A DNA stretch of 63,960 nucleotides, filler included, from Reticulomyxa filosa (taxonomy: Eukaryota; Protista; Foraminifera): the NCBI GenBank assembly GCA_000512085.1. It is 20 parts of 20 records of this genome, joined end to end, with 100 filler letters (N's around TTAATTAATTAA, not from the genome) between each part and the next. Parts side by side here need not be neighbours in the genome. Positions count along the whole stretch, not along the records: positions 50,679 to 55,250 come from ASPP01025136.1; positions 55,351 to 62,818 come from ASPP01007729.1; positions 62,919 to 63,960 come from ASPP01002669.1; 17 more parts are not named here. One strand, written 5' to 3'. A program made the translations under genes and the position numbers. The notes beneath the pieces were generated by a model. The model worked only from the letters and a program-made list of their open reading frames with translations. It was not told the DNA's origin and made no database searches. Positions 53,596 through 63,960 of the stretch are shown piece after piece. Position 1 is the first letter of the stretch. Every line of letters begins with the position of its first letter.

Positions 53596-55179
53596 GATGA
53601 CAATGACGAAGATGACGAAGACGACAGCGAGGACAACAACGAAGGCAATTCCTTCAAAGACAATAGTTCGAGTATCAGTCAAAGCAAGAATTCTATTAAA
53701 AGTGAGAGTCAAAGCAAAAACAATGCCAATACAAATGTCAATAGCAATAGCAATAGTAATAATACCAATAATATCAATAATATTAATAATATTAATAATA
53801 TTAATAATATGAATGATATTAATATTATTAATAATATTAATAATATTAACAATATCAATAATAAGGATCGTTGCCAGATTCACGGAAACAACGACCATGG
53901 GACAATAGCGAGTACGGCGACAGTGACAGCTAGCATCAGCTCGGAATCGGTATGTTCGGCGATGACAGCTCAAACGGGGACGGCAGTGGCCACGATAACG
54001 GGCAGCACGCAGGCCGCGAGTCGTCATTGCCACGGAATCAAAGCCACATTTATGGGTCGCGTGTGCGAGTACACGCTGCCTTTGGCACTGCCTTTGACGC
54101 TCGAGCGCGAGGACGATATGCAAAATGACGTCAACGCACCTTTGCTGCTCCCTGTCCCAAGCAAGGCAAAGACAAATAAGAAAAGGACTTTGGATGAAAT
54201 GTGCAAAGAAGACACCGACATTCAGCACCAGCTGCAAAGACAAAAGGTCAATCGCTCCGACCCGTCTTCGTTGGTTCAGACGATCTACAAGCTTATTCCA
54301 ATTGTTGAAAGATGGCAAACAAAACGAGCATTCTGAGCAGCAACAAAGAATACATGAAACAGAGTCCGAAGAAGTTGAAATTGAAATTGAAACTGAAAAT
54401 GAAAATGAAAATGAAAATGAAACTGAAACTGAAACTGAAACAGAGAAACAAAGACGACAAAAAGAATCAAAGAAAGAAGAAAAAGAAAAACGCAATCCTA
54501 ATAAAAACAATGACATTAATAACAATGACATTGCATTGACAAACACAGCGAGCCAAATGGAGCTAACGAAAATGATGATCTATTTCGTTCGCATGTTGCA
54601 ACAGGCGCTGGAACATGTGTCCATAATCGAATTACCAGTCCACAATGGCAATAGCAATAGCAATAGCAATGGCAATGGCAATAACAATAGCAATAGCAAT
54701 AACAATAGCAATAGCAATAGCAATAGCAATAGCAATAGCAATAGCAATAGCAATGGCAATGGCAATAACAATAGCAATGTCGCTCCTCTTCCCTTCTCCC
54801 ATCCCATCCAACCCAAAGTGCAGATCAAACTGAAGGAATGCCTCTTTTGTCGCGAGTACGCCGAATATCACAACACTCCGAAATCCATTTCTCTAAAAAA
54901 GATTGCCAATGGAACAATGCCTTTGCTGAACTGCTGTCGTTGCTGCCCACTCACATTGCGTCCTCTGCTTTATGTCCGTCCCTCTCTTTTCCCATCCTTG
55001 CAAGCTCGCACTTTGCTAATGTAGGCCACGATGATCATACACTCAAGCTTGCTGCCGAGGGCCTGATGGCTTTGGCAAACGCCAAACATCAACCTCCGTC
55101 CGTTCGTTCTGCTCTGCTGCCGCAGAAACCTCAGAGACAAAAGCTCACTATTATCAAAGAGGAAAAGCCACTGAGATGA
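51952..55179 (+). CDS. Putative transcription factor with two tandem CudA-like (p53/STAT-like Ig-fold) domains, Asn-rich linker and C-terminal CxxC-H-C zinc site
   Basis: Domain 1: FDVSIHKLSMHHNDSPFQLTF. Domain 2: DIFYKEVKPKTNYLEYEIGL...LRVEQASSKHGDRKFMIKFAADTMANPLNSDIAPVYSDEFLVRTK. C-terminus: ECLFC...(I)HFSKKDC. Requires one intron and three 1-nt frame corrections. Confidence 0.55.
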
Positions 55180-55350
55180 TTAGTAACAACATGTTTTTCT
55201 GTTGAACAGTGTTTTGTTTCGTTTTTTTGTTTTTTGTTCTCTCTCTCTCTNNNNNNNNNNNNNNNNNNNNNNNNNNNNNNNNNNNNNNNNNNNNTTAATT
55301 AATTAANNNNNNNNNNNNNNNNNNNNNNNNNNNNNNNNNNNNNNNNNNNN

Positions 55351-55939
55351 AAAAAAAAAAATAAAAAAAAAAAAAAAAAAAAAAAAATAAAAATAATAAT
55401 TTATATATGTGTATATCGTATATGTATTGCACTGTATATACCATATACAATGCATGCTGTGACAAAAGTAAACAGTTGATACCTAACAGGTCTTGCTGCC
55501 CTTGTGTCATTGGCTGACGAAGGGTGTACTTTTCACGATTCGTGGGGTTGCTGTAACCATATTGCTCCAAATGCTTTTCGATTCGATCCATTTCTTTCTC
55601 ATTCCAATGTAACATGTCAAAAAACTTGTTTAACGAACTTGAAAATTGCGGGTATTGGTGCAACTTTTCTTGTATTTCGTTGTATTTCCTTTCGGTGTTG
55701 TTCACTCGTCGTGACAACTCTGTCCAATCTGTTTTATTTTTTTTTATTTTTTTTTTGTTTTGTTTTAATGTTCTTCTTCTGCTCCCTTTGAACCAACCGG
55801 CTTTGATGCTATATGATTTTTGGATAGTGCGACTCGACAAGTCATGCTCAAATCGACAAATATGTTGAGCTGATTTTTGCAACATTTGATCCAGTTTCGA
55901 AAAGAATTCTCCATGTCCAAAATTAGTCGACTCCTTCAT
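55351..55939 (-). CDS. SKA3: Ska3-like kinetochore protein, N-terminal part (3' truncated)
   Basis: N-terminal FFSKL.., then a coiled coil, then NEKEMDRIEKHLEQYGYSNP, which resembles the Ska3 N-terminal signature ending xxYGYxP. Confidence 0.55.
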
Positions 55940-57768
55940 TATGATTTAGGTTATCTCCGAGAATTAATTCCTTTTTTTTTTCTTGCGGGCTCCACACCAA
56001 CTGCGTTTTTACTTTTTTTTTTTAGAGATAAAAAAGGAAAACAACAAACGGTTATCCTTTCCTGCATTTTTCCAACATCAAACTTTACAGAATGTTATTG
56101 TCAACAACCTCTCACGTTTCATTTTATGTTTATTCAACCAGATATTTTAAAGAATTTCCTATAATGATATATGTTAGAAAACCATAGAGAAGTTACTGAA
56201 AAATCGATAAATTATTGTAATTCTTTATGTTTACACTGAAAATAAATCAATAATATAACAAAAATTCTAACAAGTTGCTTCATAATCGAAAAGTCCAAAT
56301 TTTTGCTTATAAATAGAAATTAAATGTACAAAAAGTAATTTACACAATTACCAGAGGTAGACTTCATTTCAACACAACCTTGTTATCTTTAAAAATTTGA
56401 TTGTACGTGCTTTGTGAATAGAAATTAAAGAAATTATTAAATATTGGGCTTTAATATTAAATGTTGAATTATGATTTATTCATAAGTTTGACAAATTTGT
56501 TGTAAATTATGTTATGTTTATTTGATTTTTATTTTCATTTAATGTCAATAAATGACATTCGTCATTATCATACATACTCACTACTAAACATATGCAACTA
56601 TATTCTTTGTGTTTGATACGTTTCGTTAATCACCTAAATTACTTAAGATTTCCTCTGGACATATTGAAGTACTATTAATTTGTGGAACAGTTAGTGAGAC
56701 TAAGTATAATACAAAAGGAACTTAGTTTTGAAAACAAGTTTCAATTAACGAAAGTAAATTAATGACAATATCTACAACAAAATAGAAAGTTAGTTGTGTT
56801 TGGAGAAAAGTTAACTCGCTGGTTGTTCCAATGTCTACTTAGAACTTTGCATTTCATAATATTGATTTAAATCACATATTATTCAATATGCACAAGTTAA
56901 ATTAGTTAAATTCATTTTTCATTGTTGTTATTTTTTTAATCAGATTAAGTATACATAATCTGGTTATATACTATAAATTGATATAATCATTTTATTGCAA
57001 ATATTCTTTTCATTCTAAAAATAAGAGATTATCATTATGTTTTTATTATTGTTGATTGAGATGTCAATTGCATTGCAGTCTTTAGTCTTTTTGTGATTGA
57101 TTTTAACTTTGCTTTGAAAATTATTTTACTGTTATACAAGCACTTTATTTTCACCTACAAAAAACATATAAAAACTTTAAAACCACTTCATTGACTGTGA
57201 AAGCCTTGATTGTTTTTTAAAAGATTATCTTCAATAAAGTTAATATATATCTTTTAAAAAAATTATCTTTGACTCTTAAAACTTTTTTTTCAGTTTATTG
57301 TTTCGAATTTCATACAAGTGTAAAAATTGAAAAGAACATTGAAACTTTTAAAGTTATGCTTATTGCGTCTGGTTTCGCTTTCAATTTGCTCTTTAATTGA
57401 AATTCTTTAATGCTTTTCGATATCATGTGCATCAAGTACAGAGATTGAGTCAGCAAGAGATAGCATTTTTGGATTGAAAAATGTTTGAAAACTATAAACG
57501 AAAAAAGATATGTTAACTACACAATTAGAAAGCGCGCTTTTGTTCTCAACTGCAGAAATGATATTTAAGTATGATATTGATTGATGCGTTGGACAAGTTT
57601 GCATATTTAATTATTTTTCTCGTTTTTTTGGCTGTTTTTACTCGCCGTTTTACAACAAAAAAAGGTACGGCAATGTTTGTTTAAAAAAAAACGTAGTGCA
57701 CTTTTTACTCTTCGCAGTCATCAATGTCATAGTTGAAAAATATTGATCAAAGATTTTTTCTCTTCAAG

Positions 57769-59417
57769 ATGCAATTCAGTAAAAGAAACGTGCTTTGTTT
57801 TTCTCTCATTCTTTGTCTCTCACTTGTTTTTGTTGGGATTATCAACGTGGTAAAACCTTCAACTGACGAGGTTTGTAAAAAAAATATGTCTGTATCAAAA
57901 TTGGGGCGATCAAAAATGTAGAAGTGGCAAGGATTAAAAAAAAGGAGGATAAACATTGTTGGCTCTGATTTCAACAGAAACAATTTGAAGTGGCCAGCGA
58001 AGTGAAGGAGCTTGCTAATGAAATCAAAGAAACAATTGTATTTTCATCATTGCAACAAAAGCAAAAACTGCAGGTAGAGAGGATATTGTGTGTTAACTGG
58101 TGTTTGTTTATATTGCAACGTATACTTATGTTTCTTAAAAAAAAATTAAATGATAGACTTTTCACAGTCTTGGCCAGGTATTGAAAGAAAATTCATCAGA
58201 AGCATTGAAAGCAGCAAATGAATTAACAAAGGAGATATTGAAAACTCCTCCAAGTGGGGATGTGAATGATAAAAATACGATGTTGCACATATTAAATTCA
58301 ATGTTTGATGGATGTGTATTTTACGATTCGACAAAAAACATATCATTGTTGGATTCTTCAAGTGCAATAAATGACATTTTTGCAGAAAAGCCGTTGGTGT
58401 TGCAGCTGGAGAATCTCAATGGAATCGCTGACAACAGCGAAAAAACAAAGGAAGACAAACAAAAGGATGTTGAACAAATTAGCGAGATCAAAGCTGCAAT
58501 TCAATTAAAAAAAGCGCATCCTGTGTTGACGGCACTTCAGTTTTCCCACTCTATTTTTTTAAAAAAAATTATACAAAAGATATTTTAATATAAAAAAAAA
58601 AAAGAAGAAAAATTAGGAAGGGTACACAATGTGCCAAAGGAGCGGATCAACATCATTGATACATTTTTGGGAAGCTATTGTTTCAAATACACAGTTATCG
58701 ATTTGGAGCCAGGTGCGATTGACAAGTACATAAATGATAGAACAGAGCAAAAATTGGCGGCAGAATTTCCAATGTTTAAAGATTTAAAAGTCCACCCCTT
58801 ATTTTTAAGAGCTTCTTTCGACATATCCATGTTCGACAACAAAGGCAATAAAGACTTTTCAAAAGAAAACTCAGTCTTTGAGGTTGGACCACATGGGCTT
58901 AAAAGAAAGTATCAACAGCCTACGGGATGGACTCGGTACGGATTAAAAGTTTTAGGCAAGTATGGAGACGACACATGGCTCGATCCTTTTAACGTATGTT
59001 TATATTTTGCTCAAATTTCTTCTCAAAATTACTAAGAAAAATCAAACGAATAAAAAAAAGGATCCTGGGAACTGGTGGAGGGCATATCATGGGACAGGAA
59101 ATGCAAAGTGCGAAAACTTCACGCCTATTGATGCAATGAGCAGTATCTATAAAACTAAATTTCGTCTAGCAAAAGTCCATGCACTTGGACCTGGAGTCTA
59201 CTGCTCACCCGACCCAAATTTCTATTGTCGTGGATCTAGCTACATTGGCCAAACTGAAATTAATCTTACCAATGGCAAAAAAAAGTTTGATTTTATTTTT
59301 CAAGTAGCAGTTAAACCTGGAGTCAATACATTGACTCCAGCTTCCAATGACCAGATATGGTCTGTGCAAAATCCGGATGACATTCGTGTTTATGGAATAT
59401 TAGTCAGAGAGGTATAA
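57769..59417 (+). CDS. NEURL4/Gig2-like (H-Y-x, PARP/diphtheria-toxin fold) ADP-ribosyltransferase domain protein with an N-terminal signal/anchor
   Basis: Exon 1 MQFSKRNVLCFSLILCLSLVFVGIINVV. C-terminal domain KYQQPTGWTRYGLKVLGKYGDDTWL...WWRAYHGT...LGPGVYCSP..FY...FQVAVKP...DQIW...DIRVYGILVRE. GT-AG introns at 57871-57977, 58074-58177 and 58994-59060; the junction near 58520-58615 is uncertain. Confidence 0.75.
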
Positions 59418-59835
59418 CTGCTTTGTCTTCTACAATATTTTGATATCTTTTTTATTGGAAAGGAAGAAGATTGGATTGATTCTGTCTCTTTCTTAAAGTA
59501 ATTTTGTATGTGTATTGCATTGGCGATGCATTTATTACCTTCAAGTACGCCAAAATAAACCTTTCGTTTGAAAGGGCATTTCTTTTTTAAAACATTTTTT
59601 TTCTTTTTCCAAAGTAGACAATACAATCGACTTAAAAAAATCCACATCCACAAACATTTGACATTTTATTCATAAATAAAGCAAGATTTTTAAAAACTTT
59701 TTACAAGTTGTGAAAAGACTATTGTGCAAATGCTACAGCCTACATGAACAAGCAACGACTGTGACGAACGCAAGCGGAGCATGAGCTGAGTTGGGAACGA
59801 GAATAGCATCAACGCAATCGTTCCCAGTATTGAAC

Positions 59836-59870
59836 TACAGTAGGTTGCATAAAAAACTGAATACCTAAAA
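59836..59870 (+). mobile_element. Tc1-type terminus TA-CAGTAGGTTGCATAAAAAACTG
   Basis: Canonical TA + CAGT start. Reverse-complementary to 60201..60223 and lies next to the transposase relic. Confidence 0.6.
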
Positions 59871-60187
59871 TGCCACCTTACGAAGATTATTGATTTTCTA
59901 CATGAATAACATATATTTAATATTAATTTTTAAAAAAGTATCTACAAATGCTGTAGTTTTAAATGTAGAATTGATTTTTGAATAACTTTTTTTTAATGTG
60001 GATAAAAATGTCATTTTTTCATATGTTTTTATAAATTTTGCAAAAAAATTTAAAAGTTTTATTTGTTACCCTTTTGTTGGTTTTCATTTGTCATCAATTA
60101 CGGCTTGTATCCTTCTTGACATTGAGGCAATTAAGTTGTAGTATGCCTTTTTTTCTGTTTTTTCCAAAATGTTTCGAATTTTTCACA

Positions 60188-60223
60188 TACAGTAGATTGC
60201 AGTTTTTTTTGCAATCTACTGTA
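60188..60223. repeat. Perfect 14-bp inverted repeat TACAGTAGATTGCA-N8-TGCAATCTACTGTA (collapsed Tc1 ends)
   Basis: Seen directly; both arms match the Tc1-type terminus at 59836 and 42532 (one mismatch). Confidence 0.85.
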
Positions 60224-60364
60224 ATTGTTTTTTTGTGCGAAATTTTGACTATTTGTAAAGTTTAATTTTCAATATCAACAAGTTTTCAATTGGATTTGAA
60301 CCATGAAAATTTGGTGGAAATTTTATAACTTTACGAAATTTTCTTCAAACAATTAAATAATATT

Positions 60365-60990
60365 TTGACTTTTGTGGCAGTTGGTATTATCTTGTTGTAA
60401 CAAACAGTCCTTTTCAATACTTTATGCTGTTTAGCATTCATAACTTAATATTTCTTTATATATTTCAGAATTAACTCCACCTTCAATCTTACATGCATGT
60501 CCAACACCTTTTGCACCAAAGCAAGCACAAACCATAATGGTACAACAAAATATTGACTTTTTAATTATGCATATATTACCTAAATCTTGACATGGCCTTT
60601 TCCAAGCATATTTGATACAATAACTTTCACACAAATTAATCTTTACTTCATCTGGGAAAATAACCTTTTTACATTCTTCTTTGTCAAAGCAATTAAACCG
60701 TTCTTCTTGACCGTCCTTGTAACAATTTCGTATGAAACATGAATATCACAATCTTCATCCAATATCTTTTTCACTTACTTAGCTGTTTCGAACCTGCCAG
60801 AGACAAATCACATAATAATTTTACGTTATATGATTTATAGAATCTTTTCGAATCTTCAATATACTAGCCTTCTGGCAGCAGTGCCATTATTCTTATACAT
60901 ATTCTTCTAGCTCATTACTGATGCTGGACTAACAACAAATTTTCAAGCAACAAATCTAATGCTCGAACAGTTAATAAGCATTCCAACAAC
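60365..60990 (-). mobile_element. Degenerate Tc1-like DDE transposase
   Basis: KKVIFPDEVKINL (D1), IMVCACFGAKGVGHACKIEGGVNSEIYKEIL and LLQQDNTNCH (D2), with stops and deletions. Confidence 0.85.
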
Positions 60991-61239
60991 AACACCTTTT
61001 ATAAAGATTTTTCAAAAAAAAATTTAAAATTTCTTTTCTTCACAACAACTTGAACATAAAATTTACGTTTTAAATTTTTTTGTGAAATAAAAACTTTATC
61101 TAATTATTGTTTTCAAGATTGTTGCATAAAATTATCAAAGAAGACTATATAATTGTTGTTCCAATTCCTTTTGAGAATATCATCAGCTTAATTTTATTCT
61201 TTCCTAAACATAAACAAATTTTTTATTTTGTAAGTTTTG

Positions 61240-62394
61240 CTATCCCCAAATCCATATAGCGTCCTCCAAACCTACTGCAATTATACCATCAGGTGAAACA
61301 TCGACGCAATACGAATTGGAGGTATGCCCTTCAAATTTCGCTAATTCATTTTCTGATTGCATATTCCACAACCGAATTGTTTTATCTTGAGAACAAGACA
61401 CAATAGTTTGCTCATCCGGAAGATGTTTCACTTCATTCACAATACCAAAATGTCCTCTTAATATTTTTAATTGTCTTCCTGTTTTCATATCCCATATTCT
61501 TATTGTTTTATCAAATGAACATGACACAACATATTGATTATTTGGAGAAAATCTTGCACATGTCACAGTACCAGAATGTCCTATTAATTGTTTTAATCTT
61601 TCACCCGATTTTGCATTCCATAACGCAATTGTTTTATCATATGACGCAGATACGATCATTTGACAATCCGATGAATATTGTACACTTAGCACACCACGCA
61701 TATGACCCACTAATGTTCGAACCATCTTTCCAGAATGTACATCCCATAATATTATTATGCTGTCAGATAAACCTGACACAATGTTTCTGCCATCTTGAGA
61801 ATAACTTACATCCAATACCATACTTGAACATCCTTCCAATTTCATCAATTCTATTCCTGTTTGTACATCCCATAATCGAATTGTCTTGTCCCATGAGCAT
61901 GACGCAACAGTTTTCCCATCTGGTGAAAATGCTGCACTACGAACAGATTTGACATGCCCTGTACAGCTTTGAATTTTTTTTCTTGAGGCAACATCCCATA
62001 TTCGAATGATTTTATCTCCTGAAGCTGATACAATCTTCCGTCCATCAGGTGAAAATTTCAACTGTTTTACTTCCCCACTGCGTTCTTGTAAAATGTGTAG
62101 CAATTTGAATTCCTTCGCCTGTATTTTGATGTGACAAAATAGTAATATGTAACAGTTAAAAAAACAAAACAAATAACTCAACATATTTAACAACAAGTTT
62201 GTCAAAATCGTATATCCATCCAAATTCAATATCCACAATCCGACGCCAATTTCTAACAACGGCCTTTATTTCTGTTTCTGACTGTGTTTTACTTGGCTGT
62301 CTTGTTCGCAAAAATACTCACGTAAGCTAAATCAATAAAATGGGAAATTTACCAATTGTAGTTTATCTCGCCTTTTGTTCATATCGGTATTCAT
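61240..62394 (-). CDS. WD40-repeat protein (7 repeats), three exons
   Basis: Exon 1 MNTDMNKRRDKLQL; 99-nt exon 62281..62183 SETEIKAVVRNWRRIVDIEFGWIYDFDKLVVKY; exon 3 with regular GH...FSPDG..IVSxSxDKTIRLWD repeats. Confidence 0.93.
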
Positions 62395-63960
62395 TTCTGC
62401 TGACGTTTCAAGGACAAACTAGAGCGCTGATTGATTTTTTTGTTGAACTTATTGGACACTTTAAAGTAAAATTTTTGGGGTACCAGCTTATGAAATTAGT
62501 ATTTTATTATTTAATTTTGGCTGTCGACCTTGGTGTTGAATTGTTCGTATTTGCATTCAAATAATATAATTTCATTGTTTAGAAGTGCTGGATATTTAAA
62601 GTGATTTATAGCAGACTATTTTTTCATTTTTTTTAAAAGTTTTTGTTTTGTGTGCAAATATTTTCTGCAACATTTGTACATTTTACTTTTCAAATTAACC
62701 TAACTTGATCCAAAATATGATGTTTGGTAACTGCTGGATGCATAAAAAACATACTGATGATCATACTCAGAAAAAGTAAGTAAGAAATTTTATGAACCAA
62801 AATAAAAAGGAATATATANNNNNNNNNNNNNNNNNNNNNNNNNNNNNNNNNNNNNNNNNNNNTTAATTAATTAANNNNNNNNNNNNNNNNNNNNNNNNNN
62901 NNNNNNNNNNNNNNNNNNATCACAACCTTTCATAACATTTTCTTCTTTACATTCTTTTTTTTTATGTTAAAGTTGAAGTCATGCCAAACAGTGGCAAATA
63001 ATCATTTATGAGTTTATAGTAAATTTTTTTTAGATCAACTTATGACACGCCATAACGCAACGAAACAAATTCTGCATGGCTGTGGTCAAAATAAAAATAC
63101 ATCTTGTAGTTTTTTATTTACAGAAAAATAGAAAAGAGATAATGCACTCTTCTCCATGCTCAGAAGAAAAAAATTTGAAACAGAAGAAATATCAAAAAAA
63201 CAGACAACCAAAACGGAAAATGATAATGATGTCTCCACCCAAACATGAGGGTAATTGTTTGACGAAAGCTACAGTTAGTTTGTTAGAAGTGTCTTTAATT
63301 CAGTTTGAGTCAAAAGAAGAAAAAGGACTGTTTTACAAATGGTTTTGGTTATTTGAAAGAGATGCAGGTTTATTTGTAATTTGTTTTGGAAGTAAAAAAA
63401 AGACACAAGCGTTTTGTACTTTTTTTTTAAAAAAAAGGATCACTATCGAATTATCCTAATTTCAATGCCAGACTTTCATATGTTTGAAGTTCGCATTGAT
63501 AGTTTGCATGGAATTCCAAGCAATTTGGAGTAGCAATTGTATGGTGTGTTTAACTTTGAATAATATTATTCGTATTGTTATGGCTATCACTGAGGAGGTT
63601 GGAAGCTATACGAAAAAACGGGCCGATGTGTTGCAAATCAGCAGTACAACTGGACCACAAAAAGCAAGCAAACGACTTAATAGTACTTTATGTGGTGGCA
63701 ACAACGCTTTTTTAAACAGTAATGAAAAAAATTATTTTAACACTTATTGGCATTCTAAACACCAATGCAATGACACTAGTTTTGAATTTTGTTTCTTTGT
63801 TCATTCATTTTGTATTGATCAATAGAAAGATTTGTAAAAGCTTTCATTTTTAGATGTCGCAATCCAATCATAGTGATGATGAAGTTAATGGTAATGTTTC
63901 CATTCTTAAATGTCCGCCGCCATTGTGGGTCTTAAAAACAATGAATTAGTGTCTTTTTTG

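Noticed and set aside
53167-54871. 459-aa hydrophobic minus-strand ORF and (IA)n ORFs
   Set aside because: Shadows of the Asn/Ser microsatellite codons in the plus-strand transcription factor gene.
59750-59830. GC-richer patch with a 9-bp hairpin (tgggaacga/tcgttccca) and faint rRNA-like wording
   Set aside because: Too short to call an RNA gene or Helitron end; no supporting structure.
1633-62918. Recurring TTAATTAATTAA flanked by N runs, resembling a repeat array
   Set aside because: Identical 100-nt artificial joiner with six-frame stops; not biological and not CRISPR. It also means genes on different contigs are not neighbours.
62919-63960. ORFs 63076..63459 and 63484..63825
   Set aside because: No recognisable domain or consistent exon structure.

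Overview
This is not one locus. It is 20 short, AT-rich eukaryotic contigs joined by artificial 100-nt spacers (N44-TTAATTAATTAA-N44), so linkage only means something within a contig. GT-AG introns rich in poly-A/T, many (AAT)n and (CA)n microsatellites and recurrent WD40, Kelch, NACHT, caspase-like and RNF213-like family members suggest a foraminiferan (Reticulomyxa-like, Rhizaria) draft genome; this is an inference. Recognisable genes are a caspase-like C14 peptidase with a decayed tandem copy, a Ser/Thr kinase fragment, a KS/RS-rich tandem CCCH zinc-finger protein, a lipoxygenase-like domain lacking an Fe ligand and a transportin-3/importin-13-like karyopherin. One 11-kb contig carries PI3K, a 7TM-RGS gene head-to-head with a RasGEF, and a secreted PHB depolymerase. 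Other contigs hold VPS13 and RNF213-like fragments, a GT8 glycosyltransferase, an RNI-like LRR protein, a tandem CudA-like transcription factor, a Ska3-like protein, a signal-anchored NEURL4-type ADP-ribosyltransferase and WD40 genes sharing a 99-nt symmetric exon. There are also several Tc1/mariner relics. All family assignments come from motif recognition by eye; no searches were run.
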